Source: Terracidiphilus sp.
GTDB lineage: Bacteria; Acidobacteriota; Terriglobia; Terriglobales; Acidobacteriaceae
Reading direction: 5' to 3'
DNA: 64,000 bases
Assembly: GCA_035496515.1 (NCBI GenBank)
Contig: DATJEO010000212.1
Span: 1,701-65,700 of the forward strand
The notes under the pieces are model-generated. The model was not told the DNA's origin. It saw nothing but the letters and a program-made list of their open reading frames with translations, and did no database searches. Shown piece by piece: positions 37,978-48,138 of the stretch. Positions within the stretch are counted from its first letter, which is position 1. Every line of letters begins with the position of its first letter. The translations under genes and the position numbers were made by a program.

Positions 37978-40098
37978 CTACGAATGCGCTGCCTCTCCAA
38001 AGTATTGCGCCGTGATCGCCGAGAAGCCGCTAGGCCGGATCAGGTCCACGACGATTCTCCTGATTGAGGTTATCGATGTCTTGATTTCATAGGTGTGCGA
38101 TGACCCAGGCAGTAGAGTGGAGAGCGTGGTCTTGCCTCCGTCCATTGGAAGGTCATCATACCCGTAGGCCAGCCATCGCAGGCAATAACCGCGTAATGCG
38201 TAACCTGGCAGCTGTTGTCTTGTTCGGAAATCGAAGTGGAATCGGCCTTCTCCCGATTTGCGCAGAACTGCCTTCTCGATGGGGCTCGCCTGCGAACGCA
38301 GGGCCTCGAACGAGGCTTTCTCTGCACCATAGAGATCCACGACCCCGTGCACTCGCTGTCGCAGGGCTCCCAGGCCTTTATCACCGACGAGGGTTCGGTA
38401 ATCGTTGTAATCGAAATAAATGGCGCCTGCGACTTCCGGGAATTTCCTGAAGACTTGCGTATGTGAGTTGATGATGTCGACGCGCTTCTCGTCTCCCGGC
38501 ATGATCTTTGGCTGACATTCACACCAGCCGTACTCCGAGACAACAATTGGTTTGTCAGGAAATGCTTTGCGAATGCGATCGAGATGCGCTTCAACATCAG
38601 CGGGACCGCCCGGTGTCCAGCTGCCGTAGTACTCATTGGTCGAGATGAAGTCGAATTCACCTGCCATGTCGGTGCCGGGATCACTCCCCAGCGTGTGTGA
38701 CGCGTAAGTTTGAAGCCGCGAGGGATCGAGGCGGCGCGCCTCGGCACTGATAGCGAGTGCGAACTGCCGCGACATCGGGTTCTTACCATCCACCTCGTTG
38801 CAAAGGCCCCACGCAACAATACATGGATGGTTGCGATCGCGATGGATCATCTCGCGCAGCTGCTCGAGCCCGTTCTGCTCCAGCGCGTGTTGGACCTCAT
38901 CTGAGGTGTTTGAGAAAGTCTCTGGACCCCACGCGGGCACTTCCTCCTGCATCAGGATTCCATGCCTGTCGCAGAAATCGAGAACACGGCGATCCTGCGC
39001 CCAGTGAACGCGCGTGAAGACGCAGTTCAGATCCTTCATGTCGCTGTGATTGCTATCGATCCATTCCGTACTTTCAGCAAACCCCAGTTCAGGATGACTG
39101 CCCGCCATTCGTTCGACACCTATAAGCGAGACCTTCTCCCCGTTCAGGTAGAAAGCCGATCCCCGAACCTCGAAACTGCGAATACCGAATTGCTCGATGA
39201 TCTCGTGAACTCCAGATGGGCTTTTCAGTTCGACGAATGCCTTGTATAGATGCGGAGTATCAAAGTGCCATAGGGCCGCATTCTGCAGCGTCGCTGTGCC
39301 CAGATCGATAAGTTGCTCGCGATCTGGTTGGATTGTGACTGCCACAGGACCGATGCGCAGCACTTCGTCTGAACTGCCATCGCGACGAATTGTCGCGAGC
39401 ACGTTTACCTTTTGCGTTTGAGCGGCGGTGTTGACGACGATCGCCCGAACGCGGATTTTCGCCGAACCCTCGGCTAGATCGGGAACCGCGTCGATCTCTA
39501 CACTCTCGATGAAGGTCGGCGTTGTGACGAAAAGATTGACGGGCCGGATGATTCCGCCATCGTTGGTCCAGTCATAGCTCTTGTTGCGCGGAAGCATACG
39601 GTCGCTAGGACGGTTATCGACCCGCACCAGCAATGTATTCACCGTTCCAAAGCTCAGGTGGGCCGAAAGATTCAGAGTGAACGCTGTATAGCCCTTGCCG
39701 AGGTGTTCGCCAGCCACCTGCCCGTTCAGAAACACTGTGGCCGTATGATTGACAGCTTCAAACTCAATGCGCACGTACCGCGATTTCCAGTCCTCCCGTG
39801 CTTCAAAACGAATGCGATACCAGGCAATTCCGAGATAGTCCGGTGACCTGCCGAGAGACTGCCATGTGTGTGGCACATGCACCGATTCCCAGTCATCTGC
39901 ACGATCCTGTGCAGTGGAAGGCTCGGTCGCGCCGGTGGGGTCAAGGCGAAATTCCCAGCCATCGCGGAGTGGAATGCTGCAGGATGCGCGCTTATCTTGT
40001 GTTGATGCAACCTCCGACTCAACTGCTTCCGTGCTGAGAAAGGCGAGTCCGCTTGTCGGTATAGTTTGCAGGAATTTACGCCGGGTTTGCACATGCAC
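37978..40098 (-). CDS. Tat-exported GH2 glycoside hydrolase
   Basis: TRRKFLQ; FEAVN, GGIIRPV, FGIRSF, DRNHPCIVAWGLCNE, KPIVVSEYG. Start 40098 or 40092. Confidence 0.9.
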   Translation of the reverse strand: MHVQTRRKFLQTIPTSGLAFLSTEAVESEVASTQDKRASCSIPLRDGWEFRLDPTGATEPSTAQDRADDWESVHVPHTWQSLGRSPDYLGIAWYRIRFEAREDWKSRYVRIEFEAVNHTATVFLNGQVAGEHLGKGYTAFTLNLSAHLSFGTVNTLLVRVDNRPSDRMLPRNKSYDWTNDGGIIRPVNLFVTTPTFIESVEIDAVPDLAEGSAKIRVRAIVVNTAAQTQKVNVLATIRRDGSSDEVLRIGPVAVTIQPDREQLIDLGTATLQNAALWHFDTPHLYKAFVELKSPSGVHEIIEQFGIRSFEVRGSAFYLNGEKVSLIGVERMAGSHPELGFAESTEWIDSNHSDMKDLNCVFTRVHWAQDRRVLDFCDRHGILMQEEVPAWGPETFSNTSDEVQHALEQNGLEQLREMIHRDRNHPCIVAWGLCNEVDGKNPMSRQFALAISAEARRLDPSRLQTYASHTLGSDPGTDMAGEFDFISTNEYYGSWTPGGPADVEAHLDRIRKAFPDKPIVVSEYGWCECQPKIMPGDEKRVDIINSHTQVFRKFPEVAGAIYFDYNDYRTLVGDKGLGALRQRVHGVVDLYGAEKASFEALRSQASPIEKAVLRKSGEGRFHFDFRTRQQLPGYALRGYCLRWLAYGYDDLPMDGGKTTLSTLLPGSSHTYEIKTSITSIRRIVVDLIRPSGFSAITAQYFGEAAHS

Positions 40099-40147
40099 CT
40101 CGCAGCGGATAACTTTGTGTACGTCAACGATAAACTCTGGAGCTTGA

Positions 40148-43100
40148 ATGTTGCCGGAATCCGCAGAGGGAACTCCATACTCCGTCCAATACCTCCTGCT
40201 GCCTGATGCTCCCCAAGCAGAGCGGGAAGTAGTAAAAGCATGGGAACAGGATGTCGAGATCCTTACCTATGCACCTGGTTCACCGGAGCGGAATCCGATG
40301 TTCCTGGAAAGGCGCGTGTACCAGGGCAGCAGCGGAAGGGTGTACCCCCTCCCTTTCATTGACCGCATCGCGACGGATCCAGCACCGAGGAAATGGAAAG
40401 CGCTTCATATCGAGAACGAATACCTCCGGCTCATGATTCTGCCTGAGATCGGAGGGCGCATCCACGTTGGCTACGACAAGACGACCGGCTACGATTTCTT
40501 CTACCGCCAGAACGTCATCAAGCCGGCGCTCGTCGGTCTGGCGGGGCCGTGGATCTCGGGAGGTGTCGAATTCAACTGGCCGCAACACCACAGACCCGCG
40601 ACGTTCATGCCGGTTACTACGGAGATGGAGAGAGCGGAAGATGGTTCCGTTACCATCTGGTGCAGCGATCATGATCCCATGCAGCGGATGAAGGGAATGC
40701 ATGGCGTCTGCCTGCGCCCTGGGCGAGCTGTAGTTGAACTGAAGGTCCGACTCTACAATCGCACGCCGTTTACACAGACGTTTCTCTGGTGGGCCAACGC
40801 AGCCTCCCGAGTACACGAGAGCTATCAGTCTTTCTTCCCCACAGATGTCAGGTCCGTCGCGGACCATGCAAAACGCGCCGTCACTTCCTTCCCATTGAGC
40901 GATGGGCGATATTACGGAGTGGATTATGGCGAGCGCGCGTTGAGCGGCGTGCCCGCGGATGAGGCGCCGAGCCAATTTGTGCCCGACGGCAGCTATCCGC
41001 CGAACGACCTCAGTTGGTATGCCAATATTCCCGTTCCAACCAGCTACATGGTGACTTGCACTGAGCAAGATTTCTTTGGAGGTTACGATCACAAAGCCGG
41101 CGCAGGCATGGTTCACGTGGCAAATCATCAGATCTCTCCAGGGAAGAAGCAATGGACATGGGGCAATCATGAGTTCGGCTACGCGTGGGATAGAAACTTG
41201 ACCGACCACGACGGGCCCTATATCGAATTGATGGCCGGCGTCTACACCGACAATCAGCCGGACTTCTCGTATCTGGCTCCGTGGGAGACCAAGACGTTCA
41301 CTCAGAATTGGTACCCGATTCACGCAATAGGTATTCCCGTGGCAGCCAATACAGATGCGGCACTGAGTGTCAGCACGGGGAGCGATGTGCTGCGGATCGG
41401 CCTGTGCGTTACGGCTCTTATCGATAACGCAACGATCGTTCTTAGGATCGGCGGTGTAGAAACTGCGCGATGGAATAGAAGCCTCGACGTTGCAAGTCCG
41501 GCTCTGATTGAATTCCCCATTCCAGCCGCCAGCGATCCAGCTGCGATAGCCGTTCTGGTGTATGACGGCGAGGGAATCGTAATTGACTACGATGCTGCGC
41601 GCGTCGAGTCTGCGAGTGCACCGCAGGTGGCGAAGGAGCCAAAGCCCCCCAAAGAGATAGAAACTGTCGAGGAGTTGTACCTGACAGGTTTGCATCTTGA
41701 GCAATATCGTCATGCCACCCGGATGCCGGAGGAATACTGGAATGAGGGGCTGCGCCGCGATCCCGACGAATCACGCATTCGCAACGCTCTGGGCCTTTGG
41801 CATCTTCGCCGCGGTGAGTTCGAAACGGCAGCGAAAAACTTTCAGGCCGCAATCGCCCGCCTGACCGCACTCAATCCAAATCCGCGGGATGGCGAGGCGT
41901 ACTACAGCCTGGGGCTCGCGTATCGGTACCAGGACAAGAGCAAAGATGCGTACGACTCGTTCTATAAAGCCACGTGGAATGCCGCCTGGCGGGCGCCTGC
42001 ATTTCTTGCGCTTGCTGAATTTGATGCCACCAGGCAAGACTGGCATAGGGCCGTAGACCATTTGCAACGAAGCTTGAGGGCGGATGCGGACAACCTGAAC
42101 GCCCGTAACCTTCTCAGCATCGTCTTGCGTAGATTGCGCGACATTACGGCCGCGGATCGGGCTCTCGAAGAACTTCTGACGGTTGATCCACTCGACATTG
42201 GCGCACGCTGGCAAAAGGGCATCGCCCCGGCCACCGGCCAGGAATGCCTCGATCTTGCGTTCGACCTGATGCGAGCTGGACTGTACCAAGAGGCGCGCAA
42301 TGTGCTCAAGGCCGCGGATGTGAGCGCGCGGGACGGATCGGTGCCCATGATCCTGTTGGCTCTTGCCCACGTCGAAGAGAAGCTCCAAGACTCAACCGCT
42401 TCGCAGACTCTCGATCGTGCGACGAGCTCTTGTGTGGATTATTGCTTTCCCAGCCGGCTGGAAGAGATGGTCATTCTCGAATGGGCGCTCGCAAAAACGC
42501 CCGCGATGTGGCTGCCGTCGTATTTGCTGGGGAATCTGCTCTATGACAAGCGGCGTTACGAGGAGGCTATCCTGCACTGGGAGAACGCCGCAAAGCGGAA
42601 CCCCTCGTTTGCGACCGTTCATCGTAATCTGGGAATCGCTTACTTCAACGTGCGTCAGGATCCTGACCGCGCCGTGAGTAGCTTTGAAGCTGCATTCGCT
42701 GCGAACAGGCAAGACGCGCGCGTGCTCTATGAGCGCGATCAGCTGTGGAAGAGAACGGGACGGCCTCCGCAGGAGCGGCTGAACGAGTTGCTGCAATATC
42801 CAACGCTCGTCGAAGCACGAGATGACTTGTCCGTGGAAGTCGCGACTCTTCTGAACCATGTTGATAGACCGGGCGAGGCTCTACATCTTCTGCTCGGCCG
42901 GCGTTTCCAGCCCTGGGAAGGCGGCGAGGGCATGGTACTTGGGCAGTATGTACGTGCGCGCCTGCTACTTGGGCGTCGTGCCCTTGATTTCGGTGACCCG
43001 GTTGAAGCGCGCTCTCAATTCTTCGCCGCACTTCAGCCACCACAAAATCTGAGTGAGGCAAAGCATCTGCTCACAAACCAGAGCGACATTTATTACTGGA

Positions 43101-43558
43101 TTGGTGAGTCATTCCGCCGCAGCGGCGATACCGAAAATGCCCGTGCTTGGTGGCTCTGTGCGAGTCAAGGAAAGGGCGATTTTCAGCAAATGTCCGTGCG
43201 GGATATATCGGACATGACATTCTGGAAAGGCCTTGCACTTCGGCGCCTAGGGAGGCATGACGATGCTGTGAATCTTTTCACTCGCATTTACGATTACTCG
43301 ATCGAACTTGAGAAGACTCCGCCCAAGATTGATTACTTCGCCACATCCCTGCCCGCGATGCTGTTGTTCCACGAAGATCTGGTCCGGCGCACTCGAATTG
43401 AGTCTCTCTTTCTCCGCGCCGAGGCTGTGGCCGGATTGAGTCGTGCGGAAGAGGCGCACAGCCTTCTTGAAGAAGTACTGAAACTCGATAGCAGCCATGC
43501 GGGAGCGTGGGATCTTCTCGAGCAGCTTGGCAAGTCCGCCAGTAAGCGGGTGCGTTAA
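40148..43558 (+). CDS. DUF5107-domain, TPR-repeat protein
   Basis: RVYQGSSG.VYP, ENEYL...ILPEIGGRI, IKPALVGLAGPWISGGVEFNWPQHH, PGKKQWTWG, YIELMAG; TPR-like C-terminal half. Confidence 0.88.
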   Translation: MLPESAEGTPYSVQYLLLPDAPQAEREVVKAWEQDVEILTYAPGSPERNPMFLERRVYQGSSGRVYPLPFIDRIATDPAPRKWKALHIENEYLRLMILPEIGGRIHVGYDKTTGYDFFYRQNVIKPALVGLAGPWISGGVEFNWPQHHRPATFMPVTTEMERAEDGSVTIWCSDHDPMQRMKGMHGVCLRPGRAVVELKVRLYNRTPFTQTFLWWANAASRVHESYQSFFPTDVRSVADHAKRAVTSFPLSDGRYYGVDYGERALSGVPADEAPSQFVPDGSYPPNDLSWYANIPVPTSYMVTCTEQDFFGGYDHKAGAGMVHVANHQISPGKKQWTWGNHEFGYAWDRNLTDHDGPYIELMAGVYTDNQPDFSYLAPWETKTFTQNWYPIHAIGIPVAANTDAALSVSTGSDVLRIGLCVTALIDNATIVLRIGGVETARWNRSLDVASPALIEFPIPAASDPAAIAVLVYDGEGIVIDYDAARVESASAPQVAKEPKPPKEIETVEELYLTGLHLEQYRHATRMPEEYWNEGLRRDPDESRIRNALGLWHLRRGEFETAAKNFQAAIARLTALNPNPRDGEAYYSLGLAYRYQDKSKDAYDSFYKATWNAAWRAPAFLALAEFDATRQDWHRAVDHLQRSLRADADNLNARNLLSIVLRRLRDITAADRALEELLTVDPLDIGARWQKGIAPATGQECLDLAFDLMRAGLYQEARNVLKAADVSARDGSVPMILLALAHVEEKLQDSTASQTLDRATSSCVDYCFPSRLEEMVILEWALAKTPAMWLPSYLLGNLLYDKRRYEEAILHWENAAKRNPSFATVHRNLGIAYFNVRQDPDRAVSSFEAAFAANRQDARVLYERDQLWKRTGRPPQERLNELLQYPTLVEARDDLSVEVATLLNHVDRPGEALHLLLGRRFQPWEGGEGMVLGQYVRARLLLGRRALDFGDPVEARSQFFAALQPPQNLSEAKHLLTNQSDIYYWIGESFRRSGDTENARAWWLCASQGKGDFQQMSVRDISDMTFWKGLALRRLGRHDDAVNLFTRIYDYSIELEKTPPKIDYFATSLPAMLLFHEDLVRRTRIESLFLRAEAVAGLSRAEEAHSLLEEVLKLDSSHAGAWDLLEQLGKSASKRVR

Positions 43559-43560
43559 GC

Positions 43561-44988
43561 ATGCATATACCGCCGTCTTCATCACCGCCACACTCCTCCG
43601 CATCCCCCGATCTTCACCTTGGCTACATCTGGACCATCGCGTTTATCGCCGCGATGGGCGGCCTGCTATTCGGGTACGACTGGGTCGTCATCGGAGGCGC
43701 AAAACCCTTTTATGAGGTGTACTTTCATCTCACCTCAGAAGAGTTGATCGGCTGGGCAAACAGTTGCGCCCTGCTTGGCTGCTTCGCCGGATCGCTTCTT
43801 GCCGGTTCGGCGGCCGACAAATATGGCCGAAAGAGACTCCTCGTCATCTCCGCGTTCTTGTTCGCCCTCTCATCTATCTTCACGGGATGGGCGCACAGCT
43901 TCAATGCATTCATTACCTGGCGGATCATGGGAGGAGTGGCCATCGGGCTGGCGTCGAACGTCTCGCCGATGTACATTGCCGAAATAAGTCCGGCTCAATG
44001 GCGAGGGCGTCTGGTCAGTCTCAATCAACTCGCAATCGTGGTTGGGATTCTCGCGGCGCAGATTGTCAATTGGCGCATCGCCGAAAAGGTTCCAGCTGAT
44101 CCTCTCCAAATCGTGCTCGCAACATCCTGGAACGCACAGTATGGCTGGCGCTGGATGTTTACAGCCGTAGCCGTCCCCGCTGTTCTGTTCCTCTGCTCCG
44201 CGCCATTCATCCCCGAGAGTCCACGCTGGCTTATCGCCCGGAAAAATTTGACAACTGCGTTCGATGTATTGCGGCGAATCGGCGGCGAAAGCTACGCGCA
44301 ATCGGAGTTGCCGATAATTCAGAACTCACTGGCAACCCCCCGCGAGCGCGAGGACCGGAGAGAGCTGTTTTCTCCGTTCGGTCGTAAGTTGCTTGCCGTC
44401 GGCGCTGCCCTAGCTGTTCTGCAACAGTGGAGCGGGATCAATATCCTCTTTAACTACGCACAGGAGGTCTACCGAGGTGCGGGCTATGGCGTGAGCGAAA
44501 TCCTCTTCAACATTGTCATCACAGGCGCCATCAATCTCATCTTCACCATCATCGGCATGTTGCTGGTTGATCGTTCTGGCAGGAAAAGACTCATGATCTT
44601 CGGCTGCATTCTCATTGGTTCGTCTCATCTTGCCGCCAGCGTTGCGTATCGCTTACATGCGCAAGGCAGTTGGGTTCTCGTCCTCACGTTGTGCGCTATT
44701 GCGTGTTATGCAATGTCCCTTGCGCCTGTTACGTGGGTTCTCATCACTGAAATCTTTCCTAATCGTATGCGCGCATCGGCAGTCTCGATTTCCGTCGCGA
44801 TCTTATGGGTCGCGTCGTTCGTGCTCACCTATACGTTCCCTCTAATCAACCGATCGCTTGGTACTTCAGGTGCCTTTCTTATTTATTCAGGTATCTGTTT
44901 TGCTGGGGCGGTGTTTGTGTCCCTTACATTGCAAGAGACGAAGGGACGCTCCCTTGAAAGTTTGGAAGAGTCCGCGATGCATCGGTGA
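43561..44988 (+). CDS. Sugar-porter family MFS transporter
   Basis: GGLLFGYD, DKYGRK, YIAEISP...RGRLVS, PESPRWL, QQWSGIN, DRSGRK, EIFP, ETKG. Confidence 0.95.
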   Translation: MHIPPSSSPPHSSASPDLHLGYIWTIAFIAAMGGLLFGYDWVVIGGAKPFYEVYFHLTSEELIGWANSCALLGCFAGSLLAGSAADKYGRKRLLVISAFLFALSSIFTGWAHSFNAFITWRIMGGVAIGLASNVSPMYIAEISPAQWRGRLVSLNQLAIVVGILAAQIVNWRIAEKVPADPLQIVLATSWNAQYGWRWMFTAVAVPAVLFLCSAPFIPESPRWLIARKNLTTAFDVLRRIGGESYAQSELPIIQNSLATPREREDRRELFSPFGRKLLAVGAALAVLQQWSGINILFNYAQEVYRGAGYGVSEILFNIVITGAINLIFTIIGMLLVDRSGRKRLMIFGCILIGSSHLAASVAYRLHAQGSWVLVLTLCAIACYAMSLAPVTWVLITEIFPNRMRASAVSISVAILWVASFVLTYTFPLINRSLGTSGAFLIYSGICFAGAVFVSLTLQETKGRSLESLEESAMHR

Positions 44989-45189
44989 TTTGTCCGCCCT
45001 TGCTGTGCTCAGAAAGGCACATTGAACCGCGAACATCGCGGCGAAAGACCTCACAAATGTGATCAGCGTTTCAACTCACCAAGCGGCCTACTACGCGGCT
45101 GCTCAGTCGAGGATGATCGTACACATCTCGTTATCTTGAATCTTGTTGGTCCTGTCTGGTTGCTCGTTGGTGCTGGATCGCGAACGGAC

Positions 45190-45759
45190 CTATTTCCTGG
45201 AGCGTGCTTGAGACTTCTTGCGGGAGGGCTTCCGGCGAGTTGGGCGTGCAGATAAGGATGCAATCTGCTTCTCCAACTCGGCCAGGCGGTCTTTCAGGAC
45301 TCTTATCTCTCCAGAGCCGGTGCTGTTTGCAGCTGCTGGGGCGGGCACTGCAATTTCGTCGATATTGTTCATGGCCGGTGGGGTCGATTCAGATGCGTTC
45401 TGGAGAAAGTCGAACGGGTTTAGGGCCGGCGTGATCGCACGGTATGTGCTCTGATACAGATCCAGCATTGCTTTCATGTAGCGGAGAGCGCTCTCCTGGC
45501 TGGCGCGTCCTGAAGCGATCACCATCTGACGCAAGATATCTAGCGGAAAACTGGAATCAGGTGTTTTCGCACCCTCCGCAACGATCTGGGTCAGGATCAC
45601 GCGGGTGATGTCTTCTCCGGAAGCTGCATCAACAACGCGCACATCGAATCCACTTCTAACAAGACCGGCGACTTCCTCCAGATTGATGTATCTGCTATTG
45701 GTGGCGTCGTAGAGCCTTCGATTCTCGTATTTCTTGATCAGAACGGTTTTGGCTGGCAT
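45190..45759 (-). CDS. phaR: PHA synthesis regulator (DNA-binding)
   Basis: IKKYENRRLYDATNSRYINL...VVDAASGEDITRVILTQI, the PhaR N-terminal domain. Confidence 0.9.
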   Translation of the reverse strand: MPAKTVLIKKYENRRLYDATNSRYINLEEVAGLVRSGFDVRVVDAASGEDITRVILTQIVAEGAKTPDSSFPLDILRQMVIASGRASQESALRYMKAMLDLYQSTYRAITPALNPFDFLQNASESTPPAMNNIDEIAVPAPAAANSTGSGEIRVLKDRLAELEKQIASLSARPTRRKPSRKKSQARSRK

Positions 45760-45785
45760 GGGAGAGCTTCTCCACTATTATGCAC

Positions 45786-45813
45786 TTGACTTTTCGATCG
45801 AACAGAGTAGGAT
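45786..45813 (+). promoter_or_regulatory. Sigma70-like promoter for the phasin-like gene
   Basis: TTGACT-N16-TAGGAT just upstream of the palindromes. Confidence 0.45.
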
Positions 45814-45822
45814 TCTTGTCGC

Positions 45823-45857
45823 ATGCTGCATTGCAGCATTTCCTGCAGCATGCAGGA
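45823..45857. promoter_or_regulatory. Putative PhaR operator (two palindromes)
   Basis: ATGCTGCA-T-TGCAGCAT and TCCTGCA-GCA-TGCAGGA between divergent phaR and the phasin-like gene; the first contains CTGC-N3-GCAG. Confidence 0.7.
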
Positions 45858-45864
45858 GGGTAGA

Positions 45865-46443
45865 ATGAGCCCCGCAGGGAAACCAAATCGCGAAGCAGCA
45901 ATGGACGAAATGATGGACAAAGCTGATTTCCGGAACGAGACCGCAGCGGTCTTGTTTCATGGCGTAGAGCGCATTGCCGAGGTCGAGAAGCAGTTCATTG
46001 ACCTTGCATTGGAGCACAACAAGGAGATGGGCGAGTTGCTGAAGAAGGCTGCAGCCACGCTGCCAGGCAGCCCCCGTATTCCAATGTTTGACCTGGCTTA
46101 CAGCGCCTTCAATCGTTACGCGGATGTACAGAAGGCCGCTGTGGACTTCATCGTGGATCAGAACCGAATCTGGCTGGATGTTTTCAAGGACAGGCCGGGC
46201 ACCGCAAAGAAGGCCGGCGAATCAGCCTCGCATGCGGTGAAGCAGGCGATGGAGAGCTCCTTTGCCGTGCAAAAGAAGGCACTCGAACACACCGCGGCAC
46301 ACACGAAGGCGGTGGTGGATGCTACCCGGAACCAGTTCGGAATCTCAGGAACCCAGGCCGATGCAATGACAGATAGCTTCAGGCGCGGAGTCGACACGAT
46401 CGTTGAGGCTCAGAAGGAACTGCTCAATATTGTGACTCACTAA
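45865..46443 (+). CDS. Putative phasin (PHA granule-associated protein)
   Basis: AGGAGG RBS; Ala/Lys/Glu-rich helical protein with 4 internal repeats; lies between phaR and the synthase genes. Function inferred from context. Confidence 0.6.
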   Translation: MSPAGKPNREAAMDEMMDKADFRNETAAVLFHGVERIAEVEKQFIDLALEHNKEMGELLKKAAATLPGSPRIPMFDLAYSAFNRYADVQKAAVDFIVDQNRIWLDVFKDRPGTAKKAGESASHAVKQAMESSFAVQKKALEHTAAHTKAVVDATRNQFGISGTQADAMTDSFRRGVDTIVEAQKELLNIVTH

Positions 46444-46569
46444 AGACGAGGGCGCGCTTTTTCGACCGGCCAAAGCGTGTTCCCGGCTCGACCTGCTTTG
46501 AATTAGTTGTCGGCCGTCACAGCGCGCCACGGCGAAAAAGGGGTATATATCTGCCCGCGGGGTAATCGT

Positions 46570-46974
46570 ATGCCAGAACAAGTTGGTGAACAGGCAAAGC
46601 CGTTCGATCCATTTGAGTCCATAAGGGGTATGCGGGACGCATATCTTGAGTCAATCTCCAAGACAATGGTTGAGGCAGTTAACTCCGAGAGCTATGCTCA
46701 GGCAACTGGAGCCATGCTGGATTATGCACTGAGCGCCTCAGCCCCATTCCGCGAGGCTCTGGAAAGGTCGATGGCCCAGACGCTGCAGCAACTCTCTCTG
46801 CCGTCAAGGCAGGATGTGGCGGCGTTGGCTGAGCGGTTCACCAACGTCGAGATGCGCCTTGACGATCTGGATGCAAAGATCGACCGGGTTCTTCAGGGGA
46901 TGGCGAAAGCGGCGCCCCCGCGGAATGGCAAGCGTCAGACAAGGCCTCGGAAGGCGGCAGCCAAACGAGCCTAG
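46570..46974 (+). CDS. phaE: Short PHA synthase partner subunit (PhaE / class IV PhaR-like)
   Basis: FDPF...SESYAQATG...LQQLSLPSRQDVAALAERFTNVEMRLDDL; directly upstream of a small PhaC. Confidence 0.7.
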   Translation: MPEQVGEQAKPFDPFESIRGMRDAYLESISKTMVEAVNSESYAQATGAMLDYALSASAPFREALERSMAQTLQQLSLPSRQDVAALAERFTNVEMRLDDLDAKIDRVLQGMAKAAPPRNGKRQTRPRKAAAKRA

Positions 46975-47050
46975 GCTGCGTTTGAACATTACTCAATCGA
47001 AAGCGTGGCGCCGCTCTGGCCATTGATAGCGATGAGAGGAAGTGATCCGT

Positions 47051-48118
47051 ATGCAGACGCCCGTGTCGGTAACGGAAGAGACACTCGCTTTTCAGAAGCG
47101 ATTGCGAACCTTCGTGAAGGTGCTCTCGACAAAAGCTGCAATCGCTCAGACTCCAAAAGAGCTGGTATGGACGCTCAACAAGACCAAGCTCTATCGCTAT
47201 GTTCCAGTTGTACCCGCCGAGAATCGTTTTCCGGTACCCCTGCTGCTGGTCTTTGCCATTATGAACCGGCCCTACATTCTCGATCTGCGGCCGGGTCATA
47301 GCTTTGTGGAGTTCATGATCCGCAGCGGTTTCGATGTTTATCTACTGGATTGGGGCCGCCCTGGGTTGGAAGACATGGGTACGAAACTGGACGACTATGC
47401 GATGGAATACCTTCCCCGGGCGATTCGCAAGGTAAAAGAAGTATCGGGATGCCAGGAATTCAGCATGCTCGGATGGTGTATCGGCGCCATTCTGACCACG
47501 ATCTACGCCGCAATAAGGCCGGATGATGGGCTTAGGAATCTGCTGCTGCTGACCGCGCCGCTCGACTTCTCCGATCGCAATCACGTGACCTTCGCGCGCT
47601 GGACAGACGAGCGATATTTCGATGTCGAGAAGATACTTGCGGCTTTCGGAAATATGCCGGGAGAGATGATCGACTATGGCGCGAGAGCGCTAAAGCCGGT
47701 CGATAACTACATCACTAATTACTACAAGCTATGGGACAACCTCGATAATCCGCGAGCTGTAGAAGCGTGGCATGCGATGAACACATGGGTCACTGACAAT
47801 ATCCCGATGGCCGGCGCCGCCTATCGACAGCTCATCGTTGAGCTATATCGCAAGAATGCATTGATGCAGAATCAATTGCGAATCAAGGATGAGTTGGTGG
47901 ACGTGAGCAATATTCGCGCTAACCTGTTGACAGTGATTGCGACTGGAGATCACATTACGCCGCCCTGTCAATCGGAAGCGATTCTCGGGAGAGTCTCCAG
48001 TACAGATAAGGAGACCTATCACATACCGGGCGGGCACATAGGCATCATGGCGGGAAGCAGTGCTCACCGGACGACCTGGCCTCACATTCAGGAGTGGCTC
48101 AGCGCAAGATCGCGCTGA
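47051..48118 (+). CDS. phaC: PHA synthase catalytic subunit, class III/IV size (~355 aa)
   Basis: QTPKELVW..NK.KLYRY, PLLLVFAIMNRPYILDL.PG.S, YLLDWG, lipase box GWCIG, GDHI, GGHIG. Start 47051 or 47042. Confidence 0.93.
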   Translation: MQTPVSVTEETLAFQKRLRTFVKVLSTKAAIAQTPKELVWTLNKTKLYRYVPVVPAENRFPVPLLLVFAIMNRPYILDLRPGHSFVEFMIRSGFDVYLLDWGRPGLEDMGTKLDDYAMEYLPRAIRKVKEVSGCQEFSMLGWCIGAILTTIYAAIRPDDGLRNLLLLTAPLDFSDRNHVTFARWTDERYFDVEKILAAFGNMPGEMIDYGARALKPVDNYITNYYKLWDNLDNPRAVEAWHAMNTWVTDNIPMAGAAYRQLIVELYRKNALMQNQLRIKDELVDVSNIRANLLTVIATGDHITPPCQSEAILGRVSSTDKETYHIPGGHIGIMAGSSAHRTTWPHIQEWLSARSR

Positions 48119-48138
48119 GCCTTACTCCTTACATACGA

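Noticed and set aside
40280-41713. 477-aa minus-strand ORF (and similar long antisense ORFs such as 58979-60121, 11182-12156)
   Set aside because: Fully antisense to well-supported genes, no motifs; expected in GC-rich DNA.
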